DNA of 64,000 nucleotides. It comes from a virus. The position numbers and the translations under genes are program-made. The notes below the pieces were generated by a model. That model had not been told where the DNA came from and did no database searches. It saw nothing but the letters and a program-made list of their open reading frames with translations. The stretch lies in IMG/VR virus record IMGVR_UViG_3300028840_004475, positions 64,001-128,000 of that record. One strand, 5' to 3'. Of this stretch, positions 50,953 to 57,204 are shown one piece after another. Each line of letters starts with the position of its first letter. Position 1 is the first letter of the stretch.

Positions 50953-51071
50953 GGCTGACGTAGCGATGTGGAAGGACACATGAGAGACGGCAGTAGCCCA
51001 AGGCTAGGTGTGTGCCGCCCCGTTTAGAGGAATCCTTGGGGAGCTGGTATCAAGGCCAGTCTGCGTCAGTC
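50953..51071 (+). ncRNA. Unknown structured RNA within the Y RNA array
   Basis: 11-bp terminal stem GGCTGACGTAG/CTGCGTCAGTC plus internal hairpins. Confidence 0.6.
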
Positions 51072-51088
51072 GTTCTATGGAAGGATTT

Positions 51089-51199
51089 GTGGGCCGAATG
51101 GATTGCAGGGTTATCGATGGTTCGAATCCACCTGGCGGGTCTAAACCACCCGCTATCGCCTAGCTGGTTAAGGCACCCCTGTACCAACAACTTGCCCAC
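51089..51199 (+). ncRNA. Y RNA 2 (YrlA-like: T arm, acceptor hairpin, D arm)
   Basis: GTGGGCCGA...CTTGCCCAC stem; GGTTCGAATCC; TGGCGGGT/ACCCGCTA; GCCTAGCTGGTTAAGGC. Confidence 0.85.
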
Positions 51200-51216
51200 T
51201 TTGAATTATGGGAGTT

Positions 51217-51344
51217 GCGGGCCGTAGACTGAACGTTATCTAAGCGCGCAATTTTGCGCTTATAGCTCAGTTGGTAGAGCGCCGGGGGTAGCCTCGGAGG
51301 TCGAGGGTTCGAATCCCTAACGACGTTCTTTCAGCTTTGTCCGC
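51217..51344 (+). ncRNA. Y RNA 3 (acceptor hairpin, D, anticodon, T)
   Basis: GCGGGCCGTA...TTGTCCGC; TAAGCGC/GCGCTTA; TAGCTCAGTTGGTAGAGC; GGGTTCGAATCCC. Confidence 0.8.
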
Positions 51345-51366
51345 GCCCTACCTATTAGAGGAGTTT

Positions 51367-51429
51367 GAGGGCCGGAAGTCTTGGGTTATCACTTCGGATG
51401 ATGCTTCCCAGGACACTAACTTTGCCCTC
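51367..51429 (+). ncRNA. Y RNA 4 (minimal)
   Basis: GAGGGCCGGA.GTCTTGGGTTATC...CCCAGGAC..ACTTTGCCCTC. Confidence 0.8.
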
Positions 51430-51448
51430 GTTTCTATACACTGAGTTT

Positions 51449-51515
51449 GTGGGCCGGAGGCAACGGGTTACCTTTCATTTGGAGAAAACACACCCATCGC
51501 CAACAACTTGCCCAC
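51449..51515 (+). ncRNA. Y RNA 5 (minimal)
   Basis: GTGGGCCGGA...GGGTTACC...CCC...ACTTGCCCAC. Confidence 0.75.
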
Positions 51516-51534
51516 TTCGTTTTGAGAGGAGTTT

Positions 51535-51665
51535 GCGGGCCGTACGAAATAGGTTACCAATGCAAACTGTAGGTCGCGGGTTCGAGTCCCGTCATCGGCA
51601 CCATGCCGATGTAGATCAGCTGGTAGATCAACAGTGGTTACACGCCTACTTCACTTTTTGCCCGC
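51535..51665 (+). ncRNA. Y RNA 6 (YrlA-like, permuted tRNA retaining ACCA)
   Basis: GCGGGCCGTA...TTGCCCGC; ACTGT/ACAGT; T arm; CATCGGC-ACCA-T-GCCGATG; D arm. Confidence 0.85.
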
Positions 51666-51687
51666 GTTTCAAAGGACACTATGGTTT

Positions 51688-51819
51688 GAGGGCCGGACGC
51701 ACGTTGGGTTATCCACTCATAATGGAGAGGTCGCAGGTTCGAATCCTGTCGTGGCTTTAGCGAGTCACGTAGCTCAGTTGGTCAGAGCGCTAAACCCCCA
51801 ATGTCAACTATTTGCCCTC
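51688..51819 (+). ncRNA. Y RNA 7 (CAT anticodon arm, T, acceptor, D)
   Basis: GAGGGCCGGA...TTTGCCCTC; TCCA-CTCATAA-TGGA; T arm; CGTGGCT/AGTCACG; D arm. Confidence 0.85.
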
Positions 51820-51836
51820 GTTTTGAAGTAGAAGAG

Positions 51837-52127
51837 ATGAACACGAGAGAGACACGCATGTTGACAGAAGCAATCAGAGCAAACACGCGCGCCCTCCTCG
51901 AGAACACGAAGCTCTTGAAACGCTTCACGTCGAAGCAGGACCGCAAGAGCGATCTCGATGAGAGACGCAACCGACTACTGGCGAACATCCCGTACCTGAA
52001 GTCAGAGCTGAAGCAGTTCCGGCGTCAGGAGCTGGTGATGCTCGCTGCAGCCCTGGGGGTCAGGAACACATCAGTACCGAACACACGCCTCGTGGAAGTG
52101 ATCTTCAGAGAACAGAAGCGAGCGTGA
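51837..52127 (+). CDS. Hypothetical protein
   Basis: MNTRETR...; C-terminus resembles a small helical (Rho-N-like) motif. Confidence 0.5.
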   Translation: MNTRETRMLTEAIRANTRALLENTKLLKRFTSKQDRKSDLDERRNRLLANIPYLKSELKQFRRQELVMLAAALGVRNTSVPNTRLVEVIFREQKRA

Positions 52128-52324
52128 AGAAGCTGTACATCTGGTTCTGCGACAAGTGCAACTCGTTCGTACCAGCGACGTGTTGTCTGGCAACGAGCAA
52201 GAAGGCAGCATGGGACGGCGGTCAAGAACACCTGGTGAAGACGCACGACTTGACTCACCACGCTACCGACATGGAGTTGTTCAAGGGCCGCGTCGTCATC
52301 TTGGAAGAGAAGACGAAAAAATAG
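52124..52324 (+). CDS. Small Zn-finger protein
   Basis: CDKC...H....H. Confidence 0.5.
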   Translation: MKKLYIWFCDKCNSFVPATCCLATSKKAAWDGGQEHLVKTHDLTHHATDMELFKGRVVILEEKTKK

Positions 52325-52377
52325 CTTGACAGATCGATAACCGATGCATCACGATGAAAACTTCGTCGGAGGATGCT

Positions 52378-52491
52378 ATGCACCGCGCAATTCAGATCAC
52401 CACCATTCCCATCAAGCGCGACGGACGATTGTCCTTCCTCTGTTCCCTTTCGTCCCTATTTCTCTATTCCAATTCCGGCTGGCGACTGTAG
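52378..52491 (+). CDS. Putative 37-aa leader peptide before a tRNA block
   Basis: TTGACA promoter at 52326, GGAGG RBS. Confidence 0.35.
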   Translation: MHRAIQITTIPIKRDGRLSFLCSLSSLFLYSNSGWRL

Positions 52492-52503
52492 ACGCATCTT
52501 TGC

Positions 52504-52587
52504 GGATCGGTAGCTGAGCTGGTTTAGCAGCGGGCTGTTAACCCGTGCCCTCGGGCTACGTGGGTTCGAGTCCCACCCGATCCGCCA
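52504..52587 (+). tRNA. tRNA-Asn(GTT), long variable arm
   Basis: Cloverleaf, CCA. Confidence 0.85.
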
Positions 52588-52590
52588 TGT

Positions 52591-52659
52591 GGGCGCCAGG
52601 CTATGGCAGCCAAGCGGGCTCCAACCCCGCAGGACAGGGTTCGATTCCTTGGGCGCTCG
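52591..52659 (+). tRNA. tRNA-Trp(CCA), divergent
   Basis: Short D loop; anticodon arm GCGGG-CTCCAAC-CCCGC; no CCA end. Confidence 0.65.
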
Positions 52660-52674
52660 TAGAAAGAAAAATGT

Positions 52675-52750
52675 GGACTCGTCGCTGAGTTGGTTCAGGC
52701 GCCTGGTTGAAGCCCAGGAGACGTTGGTTCGATTCCAACCGAGTCCACCA
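52675..52750 (+). tRNA. tRNA-Phe(GAA)
   Basis: Cloverleaf, CCA. Confidence 0.9.
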
Positions 52751-52753
52751 AAC

Positions 52754-52829
52754 GCGGGCATAGCCCAACTGGTAGGAGGCGACGGTTTTAAGGTCCGTTC
52801 AGTGGTGGGTTCGAATCCCCCTGCCCGTA
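52754..52829 (+). tRNA. tRNA-Leu(TAA), short variable loop
   Basis: Cloverleaf with one anticodon-stem mismatch. Confidence 0.7.
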
Positions 52830-52898
52830 TTCAAGGAAACGAACGAAAACTGAAATAAGGAGGTCGCCTCGAGCCCATGTTTCAAAAGATCAGCACAT

Positions 52899-52981
52899 GT
52901 CAGAGTGGCGGAATTGGTAGACGCGCAGGCCCGAGGAGCCTGTACTTCGGTGTGAGGGTTCGACTCCCTCCTCTGACACCA
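52899..52981 (+). tRNA. tRNA-Leu(GAG)
   Basis: Cloverleaf, CCA. Confidence 0.9.
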
Positions 52982-52984
52982 TGT

Positions 52985-53075
52985 GTAGCGGTGGCTGAGC
53001 GGTTGAAAGCACCAGACTGTAGATCTGGAGATCCGAAAGGGTCCAACGGTGGTTCGAATCCATCCCGCTACACCA
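52985..53075 (+). tRNA. tRNA-Tyr(GTA)
   Basis: Cloverleaf, long variable arm, CCA. Confidence 0.92.
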
Positions 53076-53078
53076 TAT

Positions 53079-53154
53079 GCCCGTCTACCCCAATCTGGTA
53101 CGAGGGGCTCGGCTCAGACCCGAGATGTTCCCGGTTCGAATCCGGGGGCGGGCA
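53079..53154 (+). tRNA. tRNA-Leu(CAG), short variable loop
   Basis: Cloverleaf. Confidence 0.8.
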
Positions 53155-53259
53155 AAATGAAAAGCCCCTGGCCACAGTGACCAGGGGCACCCTCGCTCCT
53201 CGGGGGAAGGACAACGAAGGTGAGCTGATCGTAGCAGGAGGCGAACATAGTTCAAGTGT

Positions 53260-53342
53260 GCCGGGGTGGCGGAATTGGAATACGCGCTGGCCTCAAGCAC
53301 CAGTGCTTCGGCATGAGGGTTCGACTCCCTCTCCCGGCACCA
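53260..53342 (+). tRNA. tRNA-Leu(CAA)
   Basis: Cloverleaf, CCA. Confidence 0.9.
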
Positions 53343-53343
53343 T

Positions 53344-53435
53344 GGAAGGTTGGCCGATGTTGGGATGGCGCCTGCTTGGAAAGCAGAGACCGGCCCGAGA
53401 GGGTCGCAGAGGTTCGATTCCTCTACCTTCCGCCA
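53344..53435 (+). tRNA. tRNA-Ser(GGA)
   Basis: Cloverleaf, long variable arm, CCA. Confidence 0.88.
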
Positions 53436-53436
53436 T

Positions 53437-53511
53437 GGGCAGTGGGTCTGTCGGGATGGATGCTGGATTGCAACCCCAGAGAAACTGGTTCGACTCCAGT
53501 ACTGCCCTCCA
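53437..53511 (+). tRNA. tRNA-Cys(GCA)
   Basis: Cloverleaf, U73, CCA; weak D arm. Confidence 0.8.
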
Positions 53512-53543
53512 AAAAAAGAGGGGCCCTCGAGGGCCCCTCTTTA
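53512..53543. terminator. Bidirectional terminator
   Basis: AAAGAGGGGCCC-TCGA-GGGCCCCTCTTT between convergent units. Confidence 0.8.
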
Positions 53544-53560
53544 GCAGTCACCTCAGTTGA

Positions 53561-54085
53561 CTAGGCGGCTTCGAGCAGCACGAAGTAGATGTCGCCGCGG
53601 AACTCGACCCAGTCGCCGACGGAACCGGCCGTGTACGAGACGCTGACGGCGGTTCCGTTGCACACGTGTCCCTCAGGAACCAGCACGCCACCACCGCTCT
53701 CGTCGACTGCCAGGAGTGCGCCGAGGGTCTGACCAGTGTTCAGGAGAGTCGGCTTCTGGATGCCGACGGCGCTGCAGTCGATGCCGACACCGAAGCCATC
53801 AGCGTCACCACCAACCTCGGTGGAGAGCAGACCAATGTCCATGGTCTTGGTGGCACCGGTGACCTCGGCGGCCGTCACGTCCACGTAGTATCCAAGGACG
53901 ACACTCTTCAGCGGAAGGTCGACGCCGCTGTCCTGCTCGGTTCCATCGGGAGCCGCAGTGATCGGAACCCGGAGGGTCTTCGTGACTGCACCGCTCGCAC
54001 TGAGATCACATTGTTCGTTGATCTCTGTGGCGGTGGCAGTGATCGACTCCATCCACCTCTTGATAGGACGAACGATAAACCACAT
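53561..54085 (-). CDS. Putative virion accessory (beta-sandwich) protein
   Basis: AGGAGG RBS; LP..SVV....VDVT.A.....T.DIG.......DGF pattern. Confidence 0.55.
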   Translation of the reverse strand: MWFIVRPIKRWMESITATATEINEQCDLSASGAVTKTLRVPITAAPDGTEQDSGVDLPLKSVVLGYYVDVTAAEVTGATKTMDIGLLSTEVGGDADGFGVGIDCSAVGIQKPTLLNTGQTLGALLAVDESGGGVLVPEGHVCNGTAVSVSYTAGSVGDWVEFRGDIYFVLLEAA

Positions 54086-54283
54086 ATTCAGCCTCCTCGT
54101 ACCTAGCCAGGGCACGGTCTCCCACTGAACCATTCAATGGGGTTACACCCTCGTTGGGGATTGGCTGTGCATATACTGCTACACATTGGCATTTATGTGC
54201 AACACAACTTTCTGGGAGATCAACCGAGAATTATCTTGACTGATCGAATAGCGATCTCTTACGGTGAAGATCTCATGTTGTAC

Positions 54284-54483
54284 TCGTTGACCAGGAAAGC
54301 CAGACCATCCGTCGCCACAGCAGTGGCGAAGCGGACGGGCATGTGCCTGGTTATCGAGGGACAGACCCGCCATTTTCGAGATCCCAGCGCGGCGTAAACT
54401 GTCCTTCAGCACTGGGAACCCGAAATCGGACAGACTCGAAAGTAACCAGGCTGGACGACAGCTGCGTCGCATCTGCTGATGCA
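54284..54483 (+). ncRNA. Unknown multi-domain structured RNA ahead of a tRNA block
   Basis: Several nested helices downstream of a TTGACT promoter (54237). Confidence 0.5.
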
Positions 54484-54490
54484 CGCCTGT

Positions 54491-54568
54491 GGGGGTGTGG
54501 CCTAGTCTGGTCTAGGGCGCCTGACTGTCGATCAGGAGACTTCGCCGGTTCGAATCCGGTCGCCCCCG
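54491..54568 (+). tRNA. tRNA-Asp(GTC)
   Basis: Cloverleaf. Confidence 0.9.
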
Positions 54569-54579
54569 CTCTTTTTTGT

Positions 54580-54657
54580 GCGTCCGTAGCTGAATTGGAT
54601 CAGCGCAGGTCTACGAAGCCTGGTCGTATGAGAGTTCGAGTCTCTCCGGGCGCGCCA
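54580..54657 (+). tRNA. tRNA-Arg(ACG)
   Basis: Cloverleaf, CCA. Confidence 0.9.
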
Positions 54658-54670
54658 GGAGACGAAGTGT

Positions 54671-54746
54671 TGCGGTGTAGCTCAGCTGGTAGAGCGTCTG
54701 ACTCTGGATCAGAAGGTCGTCGGTTCGAGACCGGCCGCCGCTGCCA
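54671..54746 (+). tRNA. tRNA-Gln(CTG)
   Basis: Cloverleaf, CCA. Confidence 0.9.
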
Positions 54747-54754
54747 TGTTTTGA

Positions 54755-54832
54755 TGCGACGTAGAGCAGTCTGGTTAGCTCAGGTGGCTCATAACCACCA
54801 GGTCGTGGGTTCAAATCCCACCGTCGCTACCA
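54755..54832 (+). tRNA. tRNA-fMet(CAT), initiator-like
   Basis: 1:72 mismatch, GAGC D stem, CCA. Confidence 0.85.
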
Positions 54833-54877
54833 CTTTTGAGGGCGGTGTGTCCTGGGCATTCCGCCCAGGAGACATTC

Positions 54878-54954
54878 GCTCCCGTAGCTCAGTTGGTCAG
54901 AGCGCTGGTCTGATAAACCAGAGATCGTTGGTTCAAGTCCAACCGGGAGTACCA
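54878..54954 (+). tRNA. tRNA-Ile(GAT)
   Basis: Cloverleaf, CCA. Confidence 0.92.
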
Positions 54955-54958
54955 TTTT

Positions 54959-55034
54959 GCCGGGGTAGTTCAGTTGGTAGAACGCCGGTGTCACATACCG
55001 GAGGTCGCTGGTTCGAACCCAGCTCCCGGTACCA
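54959..55034 (+). tRNA. tRNA-Val(CAC)
   Basis: Cloverleaf, CCA. Confidence 0.9.
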
Positions 55035-55047
55035 GATAGGTGGTTGA

Positions 55048-55122
55048 CCCCGTGTCGTCTAACTGGAAGGACGCCAGGTTTCCAACCTGGAGGTCTCGGT
55101 TCGGTTCCGAGTACGGGGTCCA
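55048..55122 (+). tRNA. tRNA-Gly(TCC)
   Basis: Cloverleaf, U73, CCA. Confidence 0.82.
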
Positions 55123-55160
55123 ATTCTTGGGGTTGAAAGGGTAAGTAGAGATGAACAACT

Positions 55161-55232
55161 GGATCCGTAGCTCAGCGGTTGAGCAGCTCCCTCATAAGGA
55201 GAAGGGCGTTGGTTCAAATCCAACCGGGTCCA
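55161..55232 (+). tRNA. tRNA-Met or Ile2 (CAT)
   Basis: Cloverleaf. Confidence 0.85.
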
Positions 55233-55263
55233 TCAGACGAAGGCGGCGGCGGTAGCAATATGT

Positions 55264-55340
55264 GCCCACGTAGCCTAATTGGAGAGGCAACTGATTTCTA
55301 CTCAGTTAATATGCGGGTTCGAGTCCTGCCGTGGGCGCCA
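55264..55340 (+). tRNA. tRNA-Arg(TCT)
   Basis: Cloverleaf, CCA. Confidence 0.88.
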
Positions 55341-55343
55341 TGT

Positions 55344-55415
55344 GCGCTCGTAGCCTAGCGGAGAGGCACTGGCCTCCGAAGCCAGACCACGTAGGTTCGA
55401 ATCCTGCCGAGCGCG
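55344..55415 (+). tRNA. tRNA-Arg(CCG)
   Basis: Cloverleaf. Confidence 0.9.
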
Positions 55416-55472
55416 CAAAGGAGGTTGACATCGCGAACCATCTCGTTTAATTTCAAATGAGGAGGTCCGCAA

Positions 55473-56081
55473 ATGGCCAAGAAAGAAGAACGCAAACAAG
55501 CTAGAACTATGCGCAGGGGTGGAAAGTCGATAGTACAAATTGCGAAATTACTTGGTGTATCAAAATCAAGTGTATATTTATGGACAAAGGATTTACCTCA
55601 ACCAAGAAAATTCACGAAAGAATATCGACGTAAACGAAAAGAAAAAGCTCTAGCACGTTTGAAGAAAGAAAGAGAGAAACGAGAGAAAGAAAAAGCGAAT
55701 CGCAAACTATTGAGTTGCGGAGATAGATGGATCATACGAGTGCCACCTGGGTACAAAGGCAAAACATATATCGGAGGAAGATACGTTCTTCAAAGTAGAT
55801 ATTTGATGGAACAAAAACTTGGAAGATACCTAAAATATAACGAGTGTGTTCACCATAAAAACGGGGATAAACTGGACGATAGAATTGAGAATTTGGAATT
55901 ACATACTAGGAAATTACATGGAGAGATACATGCAATTAGAAAAAGGACTAAACTCAAATGTCCAATATGTGATGTAGAATTTGAACGCAAAAACAGTTAT
56001 GTGAAAAGTCACATAAAACAAGGATACAAAGGTTTTTATTGTAGCAAAAGGTGTGCGGCCAAGAAACAAAAGGGAGTATAG
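55473..56081 (+). CDS. HNH homing endonuclease with an N-terminal HTH
   Basis: VHHKNGDKLDDRIENLEL motif, C-terminal CxxC..YCSKRC; AT-rich. Confidence 0.9.
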   Translation: MAKKEERKQARTMRRGGKSIVQIAKLLGVSKSSVYLWTKDLPQPRKFTKEYRRKRKEKALARLKKEREKREKEKANRKLLSCGDRWIIRVPPGYKGKTYIGGRYVLQSRYLMEQKLGRYLKYNECVHHKNGDKLDDRIENLELHTRKLHGEIHAIRKRTKLKCPICDVEFERKNSYVKSHIKQGYKGFYCSKRCAAKKQKGV

Positions 56082-56148
56082 CTCAGCTGTTAGCAGCATT
56101 CGGCTTTTAACCGAAAGGTCGTGGGTTGGAACCCCACTGCTCCCACCA
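56072..56148 (+). tRNA. tRNA-Lys(TTT)
   Basis: Cloverleaf, CCA; T loop TTGGAAC. Confidence 0.85.
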
Positions 56149-56149
56149 T

Positions 56150-56226
56150 GGGTTCGTAGCTCAAGTAGGCAGAGCATCCGGTTCTTACCCGGAAGGTTGG
56201 GGGATCGTGGCCCTCCGAGCCCACCA
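56150..56226 (+). tRNA. tRNA-Lys(CTT)
   Basis: Cloverleaf, CCA; atypical T loop ATCGTGG. Confidence 0.82.
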
Positions 56227-56392
56227 AAGGAAAGACGATGTGCCCGAAGCGAGACGAAGACATGGAATTCATGAGGCGTTCACTCGAGCGCCCGTGCGAA
56301 CCATTTTTCTGGCCGAAGGATCCGGATGACCAACCGGCCTACGGCTACGAGGAAGAGGACAGGATCGAATACGATCCACCACAAAGGAGAAA

Positions 56393-56743
56393 GTGATGTT
56401 GGTCGAGGTAGGCACAGTGAAGTACGTCGTGAACTGGAAGCACGAGCGTGAGTTCGACAGGTACGCGCTCGTCCAGGACGCACAAGTGTCCGGCGATGCA
56501 AAGTTGCTACGAGCGCTGGAGCTGTCCACAGGGCGTACCATCTGTCGCATCGAGAAGCTTGGTGGTACGTCAGAGGTCGAAGCAACGGTGTACTGCTCGA
56601 AGAAGGACATCTTCGAGAAGGACGAGGGTCGGAAGAGATCCCTCAAGAGGGCACTCGCGTTGCGTGGCTTCATGAAGCAGGAGAGAACGCTCTTCTGGGA
56701 CGAGTACCACAACCGGAAGCCTCAGACGGCAGAGGCTGCGTAG
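56393..56743 (+). CDS. Hypothetical phage protein
   Basis: AGGAG RBS; CS.KD.F.K..GR..SL.RA motif. Confidence 0.6.
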   Translation: MMLVEVGTVKYVVNWKHEREFDRYALVQDAQVSGDAKLLRALELSTGRTICRIEKLGGTSEVEATVYCSKKDIFEKDEGRKRSLKRALALRGFMKQERTLFWDEYHNRKPQTAEAA

Positions 56744-56755
56744 GAGTGAGCACGA

Positions 56756-56831
56756 CCGCGTATAGTTCAGTTGGTAGAATGCAACCTTGCCAAGGTTGAT
56801 GTCGTGGGTTCGAACCCCACTACGCGGTCCA
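56756..56831 (+). tRNA. tRNA-Gly(GCC)
   Basis: Cloverleaf, U73, CCA. Confidence 0.9.
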
Positions 56832-56838
56832 ATTTCGT

Positions 56839-56913
56839 GCCCGAATAGTTCAGTGGTAGAACGCTTGCTCGACACGCAAGAGGTCGTTGGTTCGATACCA
56901 ACTTCGGGCACCA
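56839..56913 (+). tRNA. tRNA-Val(GAC)
   Basis: Cloverleaf, CCA. Confidence 0.9.
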
Positions 56914-56972
56914 GGCCGGCTGTGGCCAAACCATTACGGTGGTTCCGGGAGCACCCGGGCAGCCGGCCCCCA
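56914..56972 (+). ncRNA. Mini tRNA-like RNA with a CCA end
   Basis: 9-bp stem GGCCGGCTG/CAGCCGGCC + C-CCA; two internal hairpins. Confidence 0.5.
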
Positions 56973-56973
56973 T

Positions 56974-57049
56974 GCTGGGGTAGTTCAGATGGTGGAACGC
57001 GTCCTTGGTAAGGACGAGGTCGCGGGTTCGAGCCCCGCCCCTAGCTCCA
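56974..57049 (+). tRNA. tRNA-Thr(GGT)
   Basis: Cloverleaf, CCA. Confidence 0.92.
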
Positions 57050-57051
57050 AC

Positions 57052-57127
57052 GCTGGCGTAGTTCAGGAGGTAGAACAGGTCACTCGTAATGATCAGGTCG
57101 CTGGTTCAATTCCAGCCGTCAGCTCCA
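57052..57127 (+). tRNA. tRNA-Thr(CGT)
   Basis: Cloverleaf, CCA. Confidence 0.92.
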
Positions 57128-57128
57128 T

Positions 57129-57204
57129 GCTGGGTTAGCTCAGTTGGTAGAGCAGCTGATTTGTAATCAGCAGGTCGCAGGTTCGAGCCCTGTCCCCAGC
57201 TCCA
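57129..57204 (+). tRNA. tRNA-Thr(TGT)
   Basis: Cloverleaf, CCA. Confidence 0.92.

Noticed and set aside
51254-51320. Ordinary tRNA genes or pseudogenes at about 51254, 51570 and 51715
   Set aside because: Arm order is permuted and each is enclosed by a Y-type stem.
50877-51825. CRISPR-like repeat/spacer array
   Set aside because: Repeats are paired, covarying 5' and 3' halves of individual RNAs, unit lengths vary from about 60 to 130 nt, and no cas genes are present.
52877-55123. ORFs of 100-230 aa overlapping the tRNA genes
   Set aside because: Shadow ORFs across tRNA genes, with no RBS or protein motifs.
55264-55340. Amber suppressor tRNA (CTA) or genetic-code reassignment
   Set aside because: Stem ACTGA/TCAGT places TCT (Arg) at the anticodon, and long genes are intact under the standard code with TAG used as a stop.
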